A DNA stretch of 64,000 bases from Lama guanicoe (lineage: Eukaryota), in contig MU053520.1 of assembly GCA_013239625.1 (NCBI GenBank), positions 214,934-278,933 of the forward strand, given 5' to 3'. Positions 12,572 through 24,264 of the stretch are shown in pieces. The translations under genes and the position numbers were made by a program. The first letter of the stretch is position 1; each line of letters begins with the position of its first letter. The notes under the pieces are model-generated. The model was not told the origin of the DNA. It was given only the letters and a program-made list of their open reading frames with translations, and made no database searches.

Positions 12572-13612
12572 TGAAAGCAGATTTTTTTCCCCCTTTTCTG
12601 TTTGCCCATTTCTGTTCCCCTGTAACCTTGAAAAAAAATTAATTATAGGAATGAGATCACTAGGCAATTTAAACCAACTCTTGACTCTCTGGAATCACAC
12701 CCTACCTTGCCTAACTGGTAGAGTATTTTCCTACTTTAAAAGAAGTAAGATGAAGAATTAGGTACTTAGAGAATGACTCACTCTCTAAAGCCAACAGCTC
12801 CCTTTGCAATCCTGAAGGCAGATTGCATGGGGAAGATAACATATTGTCTACTGAAATAAATGTGCAGCCTAAAACTTAAGAGTTATGTTTTATTTGGCGG
12901 GAGGACTCAAGCCGGGATGACAGCCTCTCAGATCGCTCTGAGGGACTGCTCTAAAGACGTAGGGGAGGAGCTAGGATATATAGGAGCTTTACAACAAAGA
13001 CCAGGTAGTTGGAACAATAAAAGATTGCTTGTTATCTAAAGAAAGCCAGGCATCTTAAGTTAAAGAATTGAGTGCTTTTCTATGTATAGGAGGAAGCAAA
13101 CATTTGGGCTCACTGAATTCATTCCTTTGACAGCACCTAGCTATCTAGGGCCAGTATCCTGTCCTTTCTTATTTTGAGTCTGTTCAGAGTGCACCATTGT
13201 GAGCGGCTGCAGAGGCTGGGCTGCAGGCCTGTCCTCAATGGGGGGTGGTGGCAGCCACTGATGACTTGGTTTCAGCATTTTTTGTTTACTGATATGGTTG
13301 CAGTATTTTCATTCACTTTGTAGTATTTTCATTCACAATATGAAGAGAGAGTCAGCCAGACTGTATGCAATGGAGAATAATGCAGAACCCAACCTCCTGC
13401 TTCAGTGATTCAGGGAGATTCTTCCTCCATCCTTTTCCTTTAAAAACTGTCATGACTGAGCACAATAGTCAGAGTTATTCTTGGGACATGAGTCCACCTT
13501 CTCCCCAGATTTCCAGCTTTTCTGATTAAAGCACACTTCCTTTTTATTGACACTTGCCTCTCATCTGTTGGCTTTTGAATGGTGAATAGCTGAACTTGAG
13601 TTTCATTAAAAA
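12572..13612 (+). mobile_element. ERV1-type solo LTR B (middle); pieces 12572-12844 and 13338-13612
   Basis: TGAAAG start. GAGTCCACCTTCTCCCCAGATT..GTGAATAGCTGAACTTGAGTTT is homologous to the reverse complement of the LTR at 32678-33250. Confidence 0.8.
12845..13337 (-). mobile_element. ERV1-type solo LTR C (inner) with 4 bp TSD ATAT
   Basis: TG...CA termini; ATAT at 12841-12844 and 13338-13341; minus-strand AATAAA (~12888) and TATA (~12978); several CpGs retained. Confidence 0.88.
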
Positions 13613-13731
13613 AAAAAAACAAAAACCTTTCTCTGTTCCAGACTCTGATGTTTTAGTTTGTTTGGCCTCTCTGTACATCAGGCACAAAAATTTGCATTTG
13701 GTATCATTAACCTTTTCCATTCTACTCTGTA

Positions 13732-14283
13732 TGTTACTGAACACAAGTTTGTGAGCCTGATACACACTGAGACCAAATAAACCAAAACATCTGAGATTGG
13801 AGCAGAGAAAGGTTTATTACAGGGCCAAGCAAGGAGGAGAGCTGCTTGTGCTTGAAATACCCAAACTATCTGATAGTCTCCAGGAAAAAGATCTTATAGA
13901 CAAAATTTGGGGTGAGGGCTGCAGGGTGTGTGATTTCTTCTGATTGGTCAGGAGTGGTATTACAGAGTGGTATTCCAGGAATCTTGTATTCAGCCTGAAG
14001 CTATTATCCTCCACCTGGGATGGAGGTCCTGCAGAGGAACTCAAAGATATTGTTATGTGTATTGCCTGAGGAGGAACCAGGACCACGCTACTCCAAGGCT
14101 GTAGGATTGTTTCTTGACTCCTCCTCCTTTGTCTCTACATTCCCTTCCTTCTCTGATTAGCAACTGTTTGAATCTGCCCTTTGGAACTCAGGGAAGGTTA
14201 AGGGAGGTGAATGAAGCCTATTTCTTATAAACAAGAAACTGGAGACAGGGAAAGAATTTGTACCAGGGAGGACCCCCATACAC
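13732..14283 (-). mobile_element. ERV1-type solo LTR D (same family as A, inverted)
   Basis: TGTTACTGAACAC end; GGTTTATTACAGGGCCAAGCAAG and TGGGGTGAGGGCTGCAG..TTCTGATTGGT are reverse complements of LTR A segments. Confidence 0.9.
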
Positions 14284-15027
14284 AGAAAATCATAGGTCTG
14301 TTATCAATCATTATAGATTGGTTCAGACTTTATGGATTTTATATATATGGAATCATATAGAACATCTTTTTTTTTTTCGCTATCTGGCTTCTAACTTATT
14401 TCATTCACCATAGTTATTTTGAGATTCATACATGTTGCTACATGTATCAATAATTAATCTTCTTTTTGTTTCTTTCTTAAATTGTATGTGTTTATGGCAA
14501 TTTGTTTTTTTATACATGTGTTGACAAACATTTAGATTAATTCCATTTTTGTCTATTACAAATAATGCTGCTTGAGTATTTATGTACAAACTTTTGTACC
14601 AATTATTTTTTTTCCATTTGTCTTGCTTAAAAACCTAGTGGTGGAATGGCATCTTTAACTTTTTAAGAAACTGCCAAAATATTTTGCAAGCTGGTTATAC
14701 CAATTTACCTTGCTAGAAGCATGAAAGTCCCAGTTGCTCCAGGTCCTTGTCAACACTAAGTATGGCCATTCTTTTTCATTTTAATCATTCTACTAAGTTT
14801 ATACTGGTATCTCATTATGGTTTTAATTATGCATTAATTCCCTTATTGACTACTTTCATTCTTCTTTTCTTTATGTAGATGTTGTTTCTGACTGTTATAA
14901 TTTTCCTTTTCTCTAAAGAACTTTTTTTTTTTAACATTTCTAGCAAGGCAGGTCAACTGGCAACAAAGTCCCTCAGTTTTTGTTTATAAAATAAAGTCTT
15001 TATTTCTTTTTCAATTTTGAAAGAGAA

Positions 15028-15548
15028 TGCAGGGCCAACTGATGTCCTTCAAAGTCCAACCACCCCCATTCCTGGGATCTCAGATATCTGCCAGTGATTC
15101 TTCAAAAGATAAAGTACATTCTTTGCTAGACGTTTTCCCTAACAGACTGATAGCCCTAGGTAATGCTTAATCAAGGTGACTTGTTTCAGCCCACCTTCTC
15201 AGAGTCATAAACCCCACCACCTTTCCTTGATCCCAAACTTCTTAACTTACTTACAACCAATAAGAGCTTATGCATGAGCTAATCATACAGCCACCAACCC
15301 ATTTTGATGACCAACTCCTCCCCCCAGTAAAAGTCCCTGTACTTGCATCCTTGTGCTCACACAGTCATCCCTTGTCTGTGTGGCCACTGTTGTCTATGAC
15401 AGCATACTCTAATAACTCCTTTCTATTCTTTTTTTTAATTTCTTTTTTTTTAACTCCTTTCTATTCTTATAGTTAATTTCTGATAAATTCTTTTACCAAT
15501 CTACATGTCACTGGCTTACCTATACGCTGCCCCATTGTGTCACACAAC
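15028..15548 (+). mobile_element. Solo LTR (ERV1-like) inserted in an old L1 fragment (~14850-15670)
   Basis: TG start, CA end, CCAAT box and TAAATTCTTTTACC. The flanks AAAGTCTTTATTTC..TTTTGAAAGA and TAATTTC..CTAGGTTGG join as old L1 sequence. Confidence 0.6.
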
Positions 15549-15679
15549 ATAATTTCACATAATTTCTAGGTTGGTAGGTTTTTCTTCTTTTTTTTTTCTT
15601 TTTCTCTTATCAATATAAATATTTCACTCCTCTCTCTTCTTGCTTGTACAATTTCTGAGAAGTCAGATACAATTCATAT

Positions 15680-16010
15680 TTTTTTCTTTATTTTTCTTCC
15701 AGTTGAAGGTGCACAACATAGTGATTTGACTTAACATATATCATGGAATGATTACCACAATAGGTTTAATGAAAATCCATTATTTCATATAGATACAACA
15801 TTAAAAAAAATAGAAAAATTTTTTTTCCTTGTGATAAGAACTCCTTGGATTTATTCTCTTAACTTTCATATATATAATATCATAGTGTTAGTTATTTTTA
15901 TCACATTGTGCATTACATCTCTAGTACCTATTCTATCTTATAACTGTAAGTTTGTACCTTTTGACTCTCTTCATCTAATTTTTCCTCTCCCCACTTCCCC
16001 ACCCAGCCTC
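15680..16010 (-). mobile_element. L1MA9-like 3'UTR fragment
   Basis: AAGGTGCACAACATAGTGATTTGA..ATGATTACCACAATAGG..TAACTGTAAGTTTGTACCTTTTGAC. Confidence 0.75.
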
Positions 16011-16089
16011 TGGTTTTCTAGCCTAAATTTCGATGCATTAGGTTGTACTCACGATTTTTTACTTTTTACAGTGGACATAATTCTACTTC

Positions 16090-16175
16090 TTTTTAATTCT
16101 TACTTTTTATTGTGGTGTAGTTGATTTACAATGTTAATTTCATGTGTACAGCAAAGCGATGCAGTTACATATATT
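16090..16175 (-). mobile_element. L1 extreme 3' tip
   Basis: TTTTATTGTGGTGTAGTTGATTTACAATGTT..TGTACAGCAAAGCGATGCAGTTACATATA. Confidence 0.7.
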
Positions 16176-16249
16176 TGGTTTTTTTTCCACTGGCTTCTTT
16201 CATTTTTTTTTTTTTGTTTGTGTCTATATCTTTGCTTTTCTGTCCAATT

Positions 16250-16749
16250 CTTAAGACCCTAAATGGCTCTTTGGTTTTTTTGTAACAACAATACTAATTA
16301 TTATTTGATATTACATGGTCTCAGAAGTAACTTGCCAAATTTGCCAAACCCCTCACCTTAAGTACTATCTTTAGCTAAAGACAAAATAGGATGTTGGAAG
16401 ACGTTTAGGACTTCAAAGGGGAGGAAAGTAATTCACATGAAGTTAGAAATGCAAATGTTTGGTAAACAAATGTTTATTGGGCCATGAAGAGACAATGAGA
16501 CACAGGTGGGCTCTGATGTGCAGGCCCTGCCTGGAGTTTCCCCCACCACATCTAGCCCACATTCTCTACAGATATCTCTAGTGTTAGTTCTATTCTGGAA
16601 ACAGGCCCTTTATCTAAAATTTTTAGGGAGAAAACTGGAAGGTAAAAACAAAAACTCTCTGAACCTTTTGTTTCTTAAGAATAATAAGTTTCAATTAATC
16701 CTCATGTCAAAGAGACACACTTTGGGGTGGCAATTTTTGCTCACCTACA
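16250..16749 (-). mobile_element. ERV1 LTR (MER34/MER39-like)
   Basis: The reverse complement begins TGTAGGTGAGCAAAAATTGCCACCCCAAAGTGTGTCTCTTTGACATGAGGATTA, similar to MER34-group LTR starts. The left boundary is uncertain. Confidence 0.65.
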
Positions 16750-16997
16750 GTGGGAAACCTCATTTATTACACAATGTTCCTTAGGATTGGTTGGGAAAAC
16801 CTAGAGATTTTCTTTTCATCTTTCACTTCTATTTCCAAATAACTTCCATATCCTGTTAATTTTCCCTGAACATTAGCTTTTAACTCTTTTCCTTGGCCCC
16901 ATTTACTTTAATTATTCTCTCTGTCACCAAATGGGATGATATCTTTATCTTCCAACTAAACAGTTCCTAAATGGTGTAATTACTCTTGTGGACCAGA

Positions 16998-17248
16998 TAA
17001 GGCCAACTTATCTATTAAGCTCATTAAGCACAGTATTTAGGGCCCATATAATTTTGGGGTCCCATGAAATTTTTAAATTTCTTTTAAAATCAGAAATAAA
17101 AAATCAATTACTAATAAATGATGTTTTTATATGTAATGCTAATATTTTTGCATTTATGTCAATATAATTTTAAAATATGTGTTTATAAAAATAGAGACCA
17201 TGAAGAAAAAAAGTGCCAGGGCCCTTCAAAGTCTTGATATGCCCCTGG
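16998..17248. mobile_element. hAT (Tip100-group) MITE remnant
   Basis: TAGGGCCCATATAATTTTGGGGTCCCATGAAA..TTTCTTTTAAAATCAGAA and terminal GTGCCAGGGCCC..GCCCCTG. Confidence 0.55.
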
Positions 17249-17687
17249 AGCCATGCATATTTTGCCCTGTAGCAAGGTAATCTTGAAGCAAAGCCTTACT
17301 TAAGGCATTTTCCTCTTTCAAATCCTTCCATGGGAAAATGCCTCATACTGAGTAAGAGTGAAAGCTTAGCCTCCAAATAACCTTCCTAAATCTTTAATAA
17401 AACTGGCATTCAAAATGTGATAACATTACACCCTCCTCTGCCTTTCACAGTCTCTGAGCCTTAACTATACTGACTGGTTTTCTCAATGCCTGTCCTGCAG
17501 TTTTCCTCCCCTTCTCTTTCTAGATGGCAGCCAGAATTGTTCTTTCCACCTCACTCTCTGTATCAATGTATGACGAAGTGACTATAGTTAATTACAGTGC
17601 AGTGTATACTTGAAATTTGCTAAGAGGATATATCCACAGGCTTATAACCACATTAAAAAAAAAGAAAAAGAAAAAAGAAAATGTTGA

Positions 17688-18006
17688 ATACAGAATTGTG
17701 GTTACCGGGGNNNNNNNNNNNNNNNNNNNNNNNNNNNNNNNNNNNNNNNNNNNNNNNNNNNNNNNNNNNNNNNNNNNNNNNNNNNNNNNNNNAGGGATAG
17801 ACTGGGATTTCAAAATTGTAGAATAGATAAACAAGATTACACTGTATAGCACAGGGAAATATACACAAAATGTTATGATAAATCACAGAGAAAAAAATGT
17901 GACAATGAGTGTGTATATGTCCATGAATGACTGAAAAATTGTGCTGAACACTGGAATTTGACACAACACTGTAAAATGATTATGAATCAATAAAAAATGT
18001 AAAAAA
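17688..18006 (+). mobile_element. Young L1 3'UTR insertion with 17 bp TSD
   Basis: TSD AAAAAAGAAAATGTTGA at 17671-17687 and 18007-18023; ends AATAAAAAATGT plus A-tail; matches the reverse complement of 59780-60030. Confidence 0.92.
17711..17792. other. Assembly gap (82 N)
   Basis: Direct read. Confidence 1.
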
Positions 18007-19598
18007 AAAAAAGAAAATGTTGACTATTTGAGGTCATTGGTAATGTTAATTATCTTATTGTGGGGACCTCTTTCACAATGTATCCATATATAAAATCATC
18101 AAGTTGAACACCTTAAATACATACAGTTTTCATTGTGAACATACCTCAATAAAGCTGGGGAAAAATAATAATTTGACAACCTTAAGATGAATATGTTTTG
18201 ACTATCTCTTTAACCCTTCTTTTCTTTTTAGTGAAAGCGTGAAGAATGGATTTTATATGAAGAAAGTCATATTTTTCTTTGTGTTCAATGTAAGAGTTTA
18301 TCACATACAAAAAAAAAAGAGATAGTACCTTTTCCTACTACCTTAAAACAATGTTGTAAACATTAGTGGTTCTGTATGAAAAGGAAAGTTCTTTTCTTTC
18401 TCACTTTAATATGACCTAGAGGCATGTGGTGAGGGCATAACTTGCCTATAACTACCTCTAGGCATGGTGAACACTGGCCTGGTAAGAAATCATTTTTCAT
18501 GAAACATTCATTAAAACATTGTAAAAAAAAATCACTTTACCATCTATTTATTCATATTTTGTGTTTTCTACATGCATGCTGATTTATTGTTAAATCAATT
18601 AAATTACTCCCCACCCCTTACATTTATACATTGATTTGTTTAAAGGTAAGATTTATCTGAGGTTAACAAACAAAAAAGACACCATGGATTTTGAGAAATG
18701 GTTCCACCTGATACCTTATACTAAAACATTTGAAGATTGGGATAAATAAATAGTCACTGGAGTTGAATATCATTTCTGTTTACTGCATTATCCTATCTTA
18801 ATATTTACTGTTCCCTTATCAGGACTGCATAGATGTTCTATGCAAAATAATTCATTAATAAGGAAGTCTTGTTTTGTTTTGTTTTGTTTTTACTATTATG
18901 AAAAAAAGACTGTTTCAAAATACTTCCTCAGTAGGAGATTTTAAAAACCACCTTGGAAATATTCAATGTCATTTCATCTGTTACTGGAATTCTAATAAAA
19001 TAAATATTAATTTATGGCTTCAATTTGCTATATTTAAATTTAAAATAGATAGCATTCAAACTAGGAAAAAAAATACAGCAGAATAACACAGCAATAATAA
19101 AACTACAACTGTATATGCTTAAAACCGGAAATATGTATAGCACAGAATGTGACTTGATTTTAGAACGCCAAGGGGATTTTAGGCAAACAATTTAACTAAA
19201 GTGGATGCATTCGTATTATTCTCCTTGCACCTTAGGTTTGATAGATGATGAAGAATGTCAAAATTGTCTTATCCGACAGGGCCTCAGTGTAACAAATTTT
19301 TCCCTTTTTCCATTGTTACTGTTAAGATGGTGTTGGTTTCAGGTAATGGAGATTAAGCTAGATAAGCAAAAGGAGAACTTCTAAGAATGCATGGAAATCT
19401 TTTGGAATCCAAGGAGTGGGTAGCAACTCAAAAGACTTAAAGAATTTTATTTCTCAATTCTATTTACCTCCAAGAATCCACTATTTCTGTTGTTCTTATA
19501 GTTCTGAAGACTTTCTTGCTATTTGATTTAATTTGTGAAATACTGCTGCCTCACAAAAACTGAATGTGTAGTTCTTATCACATGCAAATAATCAAGAG

Positions 19599-19677
19599 CT
19601 TTAAAAATCAAATGTCAAATGGCTGGGAAATATGATCTTTAAAAATCAAATGTCAAATGGCTGGGAAATATGATCTT
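19599..19677. repeat. Perfect 38 bp tandem duplication
   Basis: CTTTAAAAATCAAATGTCAAATGGCTGGGAAATATGAT twice, followed by CTT. Confidence 0.97.
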
Positions 19678-20049
19678 GTTGTCTAGCTTGGATCTGTATG
19701 TTTCCTTATGTATTCTATGGGAACTGGATGACATAGTAGGATTCTGACTGACAAGAATCTGTCCTTTTGGATCACAAGTTGTTTAAAGTTGTGTAACAAA
19801 AATTGATTGAATTCCTCCTTCCTTCCCCTCAAGAATAGAATCTTCAGAAGAAACTCAGTCTATTCAGTAACTATCACCTATATCCCAGGCACATAATGTA
19901 ACACATTGCTTCTTCTCCATAAAAGATTATATATTTTCCCATCTGAAAGAGGTATTCTATTCTAGCAAAACTCTTTAAAGCCTACATATTCAACATTGGA
20001 CAGATAATATAGTTAAAAACTTAGTTGAAGAATGCCAGCTGTAAATTTA

Positions 20050-20330
20050 ATGGGATTTGGGAAGAGAGAGGATATGGGGCAAGTATGAGTGCTTACAAGG
20101 GCCTTCAAGGAGGAGATAGCCAATACTGAGCTCCAGCTACTTATTGCTATCCAGAAATGCAGACTGTCCCCAGATCTTCTGATTTTTCTAAGGTTGCTTG
20201 AAATCCAGAGCCTTAGGTGAAATTTTCCTACTTGAATATTTGGGGGACTCATTTATTTAAACATTAGTAGGTGATCAAATATATGTTTTTGGGCTGAGTC
20301 TAGCTCATTGGTCACTAGTTTGTAAACTAT
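20050..20330. mobile_element. MER102-like hAT-Charlie remnant
   Basis: CCAGATCTTCTGATTTTTCTAAG..AAATCCAGA..GTGAAAT..CACTAGTTTGTAAAC. Confidence 0.5.
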
Positions 20331-23304
20331 AATATATATGCTTATTCAGTCATTCACTTAATGAATTAACAAATAAATTATATTCCTTTGGTAATATTGA
20401 TTGTTTATCCCAAAAGAAATGCTGACCAAGCCCTCCTGAAATGTTCATGTGTTTTAGAGGGTACTTCAAGATGTGGCTAAAAGTCTCAGCCATTTTTAAA
20501 GGAAGTAAATTTGTCTGCCAGGGTAAGTTTGTCTCCTGCATTAAAATGTTTCTCTAAGATTTACCTCGCCACTTTGAGTAATACAACATAGGTTAATTGA
20601 TTATAGGTCAACCAATACAAATTCATTGGCCATGATAGTGTTTACAGAGATAAGGCTGTGATGGAGGAAAACAAGTCTTGCTAAACAATGTAATTGGAAA
20701 AGGGTTGTTGCTGAAACCTTAGCAAATTGCCACTTATGCCATTGGAGCATGAAGAGTTTTGTGACTGTTCCAATAAGTATCAGCCAATTGACACCTGAGC
20801 TTTTCTGACAAAGCTAAAATAGCATGCCAAAGCTTTCTGTTTCACCTACAGACTGAAACAGTGCTACTTTAGACTGAGAAAGCATCCACCTATTACATAA
20901 TAGACAGCATGTCTGCTTTGGGGAATGGAGGACAGTTGATATTTTAAAGGGTCACACATTTAGAATATTGCTGAATAAAATAGTTTGGGTAATTTCCTTG
21001 GATGATTTCTGCTTTTGCATAGCCAAGAGGTTGATCTATTGTTCAAAGATTCCACTTAAATTATTATCCATATCTTTGAGCACATTAGCACTTGATTCAT
21101 GAAAAATATAACTCTCAAAAAATGTTTCCCACTGGGATTTCATCTTATAATTCTCAGGTGATATCTCTCTGTTCTGTATGATGAGGGAAATGACATTTCT
21201 AATGAGTATACTTTTATCATGTCTTATAAGATCTGACCCCCAATTCTCTGATACCTTACACAGGCCTCAACACAGGAATTCAAATGTGTTTGCTGGCTCT
21301 AGGGAGAAGCTCTATTTGAGGAATCACTCTTTTTTTTTTTTTCCACTGCTTTTTCTGGCTTTGACATTAAGAAATATCTATAACAATGAATTTATACTAA
21401 GACATGTAAATGACAATAGTATTTCTTTATTATCATTTACCCCAACTCCATACATTTTGGCGTGGCTGCCAAGATTCCTGTATTTTTTCCCAAACTTACC
21501 ATCTGACTCAGTTTCTCAGTCCTTCCACACCATTGTCTCATATTTTTATGCTTAGACTATCTTCTTTCCTTAGCCTAATTCAATTTCAGTATAACAAGCA
21601 TTTTGAATGGACATTCAGTAAAAAAATTATCTTACCCTTTTCTAATTGCGTATCCATCATTAAAAGGCTCATTCAAGTCTCATCTCTTCCATGAGATTTT
21701 CTTATGTGGAGCATAATTGCTAATTATTGTCTCTGTAATTCTGTCCCCACTGCTTCAGACTCCGACTGATTTATTTTCTTCTCCTTTTCTTTTGTCTTAT
21801 TCCACTTAAACCTTAAGGCTTATATCTTTCATTCGATATTCTCTAATTCTAATTTCATTGATTTCTTTCTTCTGATATCCTCTTGCATTTTTATTAAGAT
21901 ACCTATTTACTCATGGGTTATAGCTGCACCTTGAGAATACTACATACTTCCTTGAGAATATGTATAGCTCACAGCTCTTGAGCCCATAAAAGGCAAAAAG
22001 AAGATACACAAAACATACTAAGTAACTAACTGATGAAGAAGAGTAAGAATGAAAAGAGGGAAAAAGGGTAGGAGAAGAGAGATCCAAACTGTGGAGACCA
22101 CAGAAATAAAAACCATCACATCAGCAACAACCTTCTTTGAATCTCAATATTGATTCTCTCACTTCAAACTTATGTATAAGAAAAAATTAAAATGGTGTTA
22201 GGTAATTATTAGACAAAGGTTAAGTTAAATGTGCATTAAGGCAGTTCAGATTTACACAGAACTTAAATTTCCAAATCAATTTAACGTTCGCATTATTGTG
22301 TGTTTCCAATATAAGTCATTTTACAGATTAATTCTTACTATTTCATGTGGGTGGGCTGCCTTGTAGGGTATCATTTGCCAGTATTTAATGGGATATGAAA
22401 TGGGAGTTATGATCCAGTTATTCTGAGTTGAGAACATTAATATTTTTATTTCTACTAAGAAGGTCCCAGAAAGTAAAACAAATTTAAAAATTTAAGTTTA
22501 CTGCTCCCATATTCATCTCATTTCATGAGAATACTTAAGGTCAGCAATTACATTTCAGTTATACCTTCCTTGTGTCATCATATTACTTTCAGTAATCAAT
22601 CATTATATTTAAAAATGGATAAATAACTATTTTTATTTGAATAGGTAAATAAATGTGTGGGATAAAAACTTAGTTAAGCTCACATTTACTAAGTTTTTTG
22701 TCTGATCAAACATAGTAGTTGTCATTTCTATAAAAGGAGAAAAAAATTGGATATATTTGAACCTGCCCAGAGAGTGACATTATTAATATTTTTTTCTTTT
22801 TATTTGCTTTTAAACATTGTTTTGCTCAAAAAAGCTGATAAAAGCAAATGTTCTGTTTATAGGTTTGTAGAGGGTTGATAATTGTGTGATTGATACAGTA
22901 ATGGAACTTTGTTCCTGTGTGATATTTTCTTTAGGTTAGAGCCTTATGATCTCCTAGTGAGATAATGCAGATCTTCAAGTGTTTTTGACTGCAGTATGTT
23001 TGAACTGAATATCAAAGTTTCCTATATACTGCTTGTCAAGAATTATATGAAATAAAACTGGGTCCTGACTTACTAATTTCTACAAATTGGTGAATTCATT
23101 AAGTCCTTTTCTCAGGCAACACCTATTATCTTTTCACTGGTTTCCTTCTAGTGCTGGAATATTACATAAAAAAATACACTTATCACATTCTTTAAACTAA
23201 AATAAACCCAAAAACTAAATAAAATCATGTGTCTATATGGGGCTAGAAAGGGGGCCAGATTATTTCAGCATTAAAGTATAAAAAAATGACATCTAGAAAT
23301 CCTA

Positions 23305-23803
23305 ATTCCAGAAATTTCTTATGGCATGACAAACCACCCTCTAAACTTAGTAGCTTAAAACAATACCACTTTTTCTTCTCAGGAATAAGGGAAGCCCTGG
23401 TGGAGAAAGCTTTTTTTCTAATCCACTTGGCATCACCTGGGATGACTTGAAAGGTAGAAGCTAGAATCAAGTGTCTGGTGTTTGGGCTGTGAATACACAA
23501 ACATTTGGGATTGAGGGAGCTGAGTCTTCTGGGATATCCCTCTGTGTGATCTCTCCGCATGGTTTTTCCAGCATAGTGGCTACAGGATAGAAGGATTTCA
23601 TATATGCAGGCTTAGGACACGTATCCCAAGAGTGAAAGAACCAGGAAGAAGTGGTATTGCTTTCTGTGTCGTAGGAATTTCTGCCTTATTGTCTTTATTT
23701 AAAAACAAGTCATTAAAGCCACCCAGTGTTCAACGGGAGAGGGATTAGACCCTACATTTTAATGAGCAGAAGTCAAAGGATTTGAGACATATTTAAAACC
23801 ACA
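23305..23803. mobile_element. MaLR MLT1 LTR
   Basis: ACAAACCACCCTCTAAACTTAGTAGCTTAAAACAA start; GAGGGATTAGACCCTAC..ATTTAAAACCACA end. Confidence 0.75.
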
Positions 23804-24264
23804 GTAAAATCTGAATATTCTATTATAAATGCTAATATACTAAGGAAAATTTAGCAAGGTATATCGTTCCAGTGTTTTCTGGGCTCTTTAAAGCAGTTTT
23901 CCTCAAAGTTAAGACAGTTCTCCACAACATTCATAAGGTTGCTTTAAATCCCCGCAATATTTTTATTTTTATTGTTTAATGTGTCTTAGTCCACTGATCA
24001 ATTTTTTGCAAAAACACAATTATTTTCAGGAATTTTGAATTACATTGTGTCCTTTGAGAAGTAGGCACAAAAATAGGATTAGTCGTGCAAGAGACTTATG
24101 GGGAAATTTCTAGAAAGATAAAGTGAAGGAGACAGAGAATGCCAAGAGATCCTTCAGTTCATGATGCAAATCTGACAAGTGTGAAAGAGGAAAGACAAAT
24201 TGGACAGGCAAAGACTCATAGTATAATGCAGTTCCAAGAAGATTTTACCAGGCCAATCAGGAGT

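Larger units (their letters stand above)
12100..13706 (+). mobile_element. ERV1-type solo LTR A (outer); pieces 12100-12570 and ~13621-13706
   Basis: Starts TGATGAAACC and ends GGTATCA. Contains CCAAT (ACCAATCAG) and AATAAA at 12564-12569. Both pieces align with the reverse complement of the uninterrupted LTR at 13732-14283. Confidence 0.9.
11930..14830 (-). mobile_element. Old L1M (L1MB/MC-type) 3' end, split by four LTR insertions (pieces ~11930-12099 and ~14285-14830)
   Basis: CTTTATTCAGTTATAATTGACATA 3' tip. After the LTRs it resumes with ATGGAATCATATAG..TTTTGAGATTCATACATGTTG..GGTATCTCATTATGGTTTTAATT. Confidence 0.8.
17572..18166 (+). mobile_element. Old L1MA9-like 3'UTR split by a younger L1
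   Basis: GTGACTATAGTTAAT..GTATACTTGAAATTTGCTAAGAG; resumes at 18024 and ends TACCTCAATAAAGCTGGGGAAAAA. Confidence 0.8.

Noticed and set aside
12100..14283. LTR A and LTR D as the two ends of one provirus, or as TIRs of a DNA transposon
   Set aside because: Proviral LTRs are direct repeats flanking PBS, gag/pol and PPT. These are inverted, 25 bp apart, with no internal coding sequence.
19599..19677. CRISPR-like repeat (38 bp)
   Set aside because: Only two adjacent units, no spacers, mammalian context.
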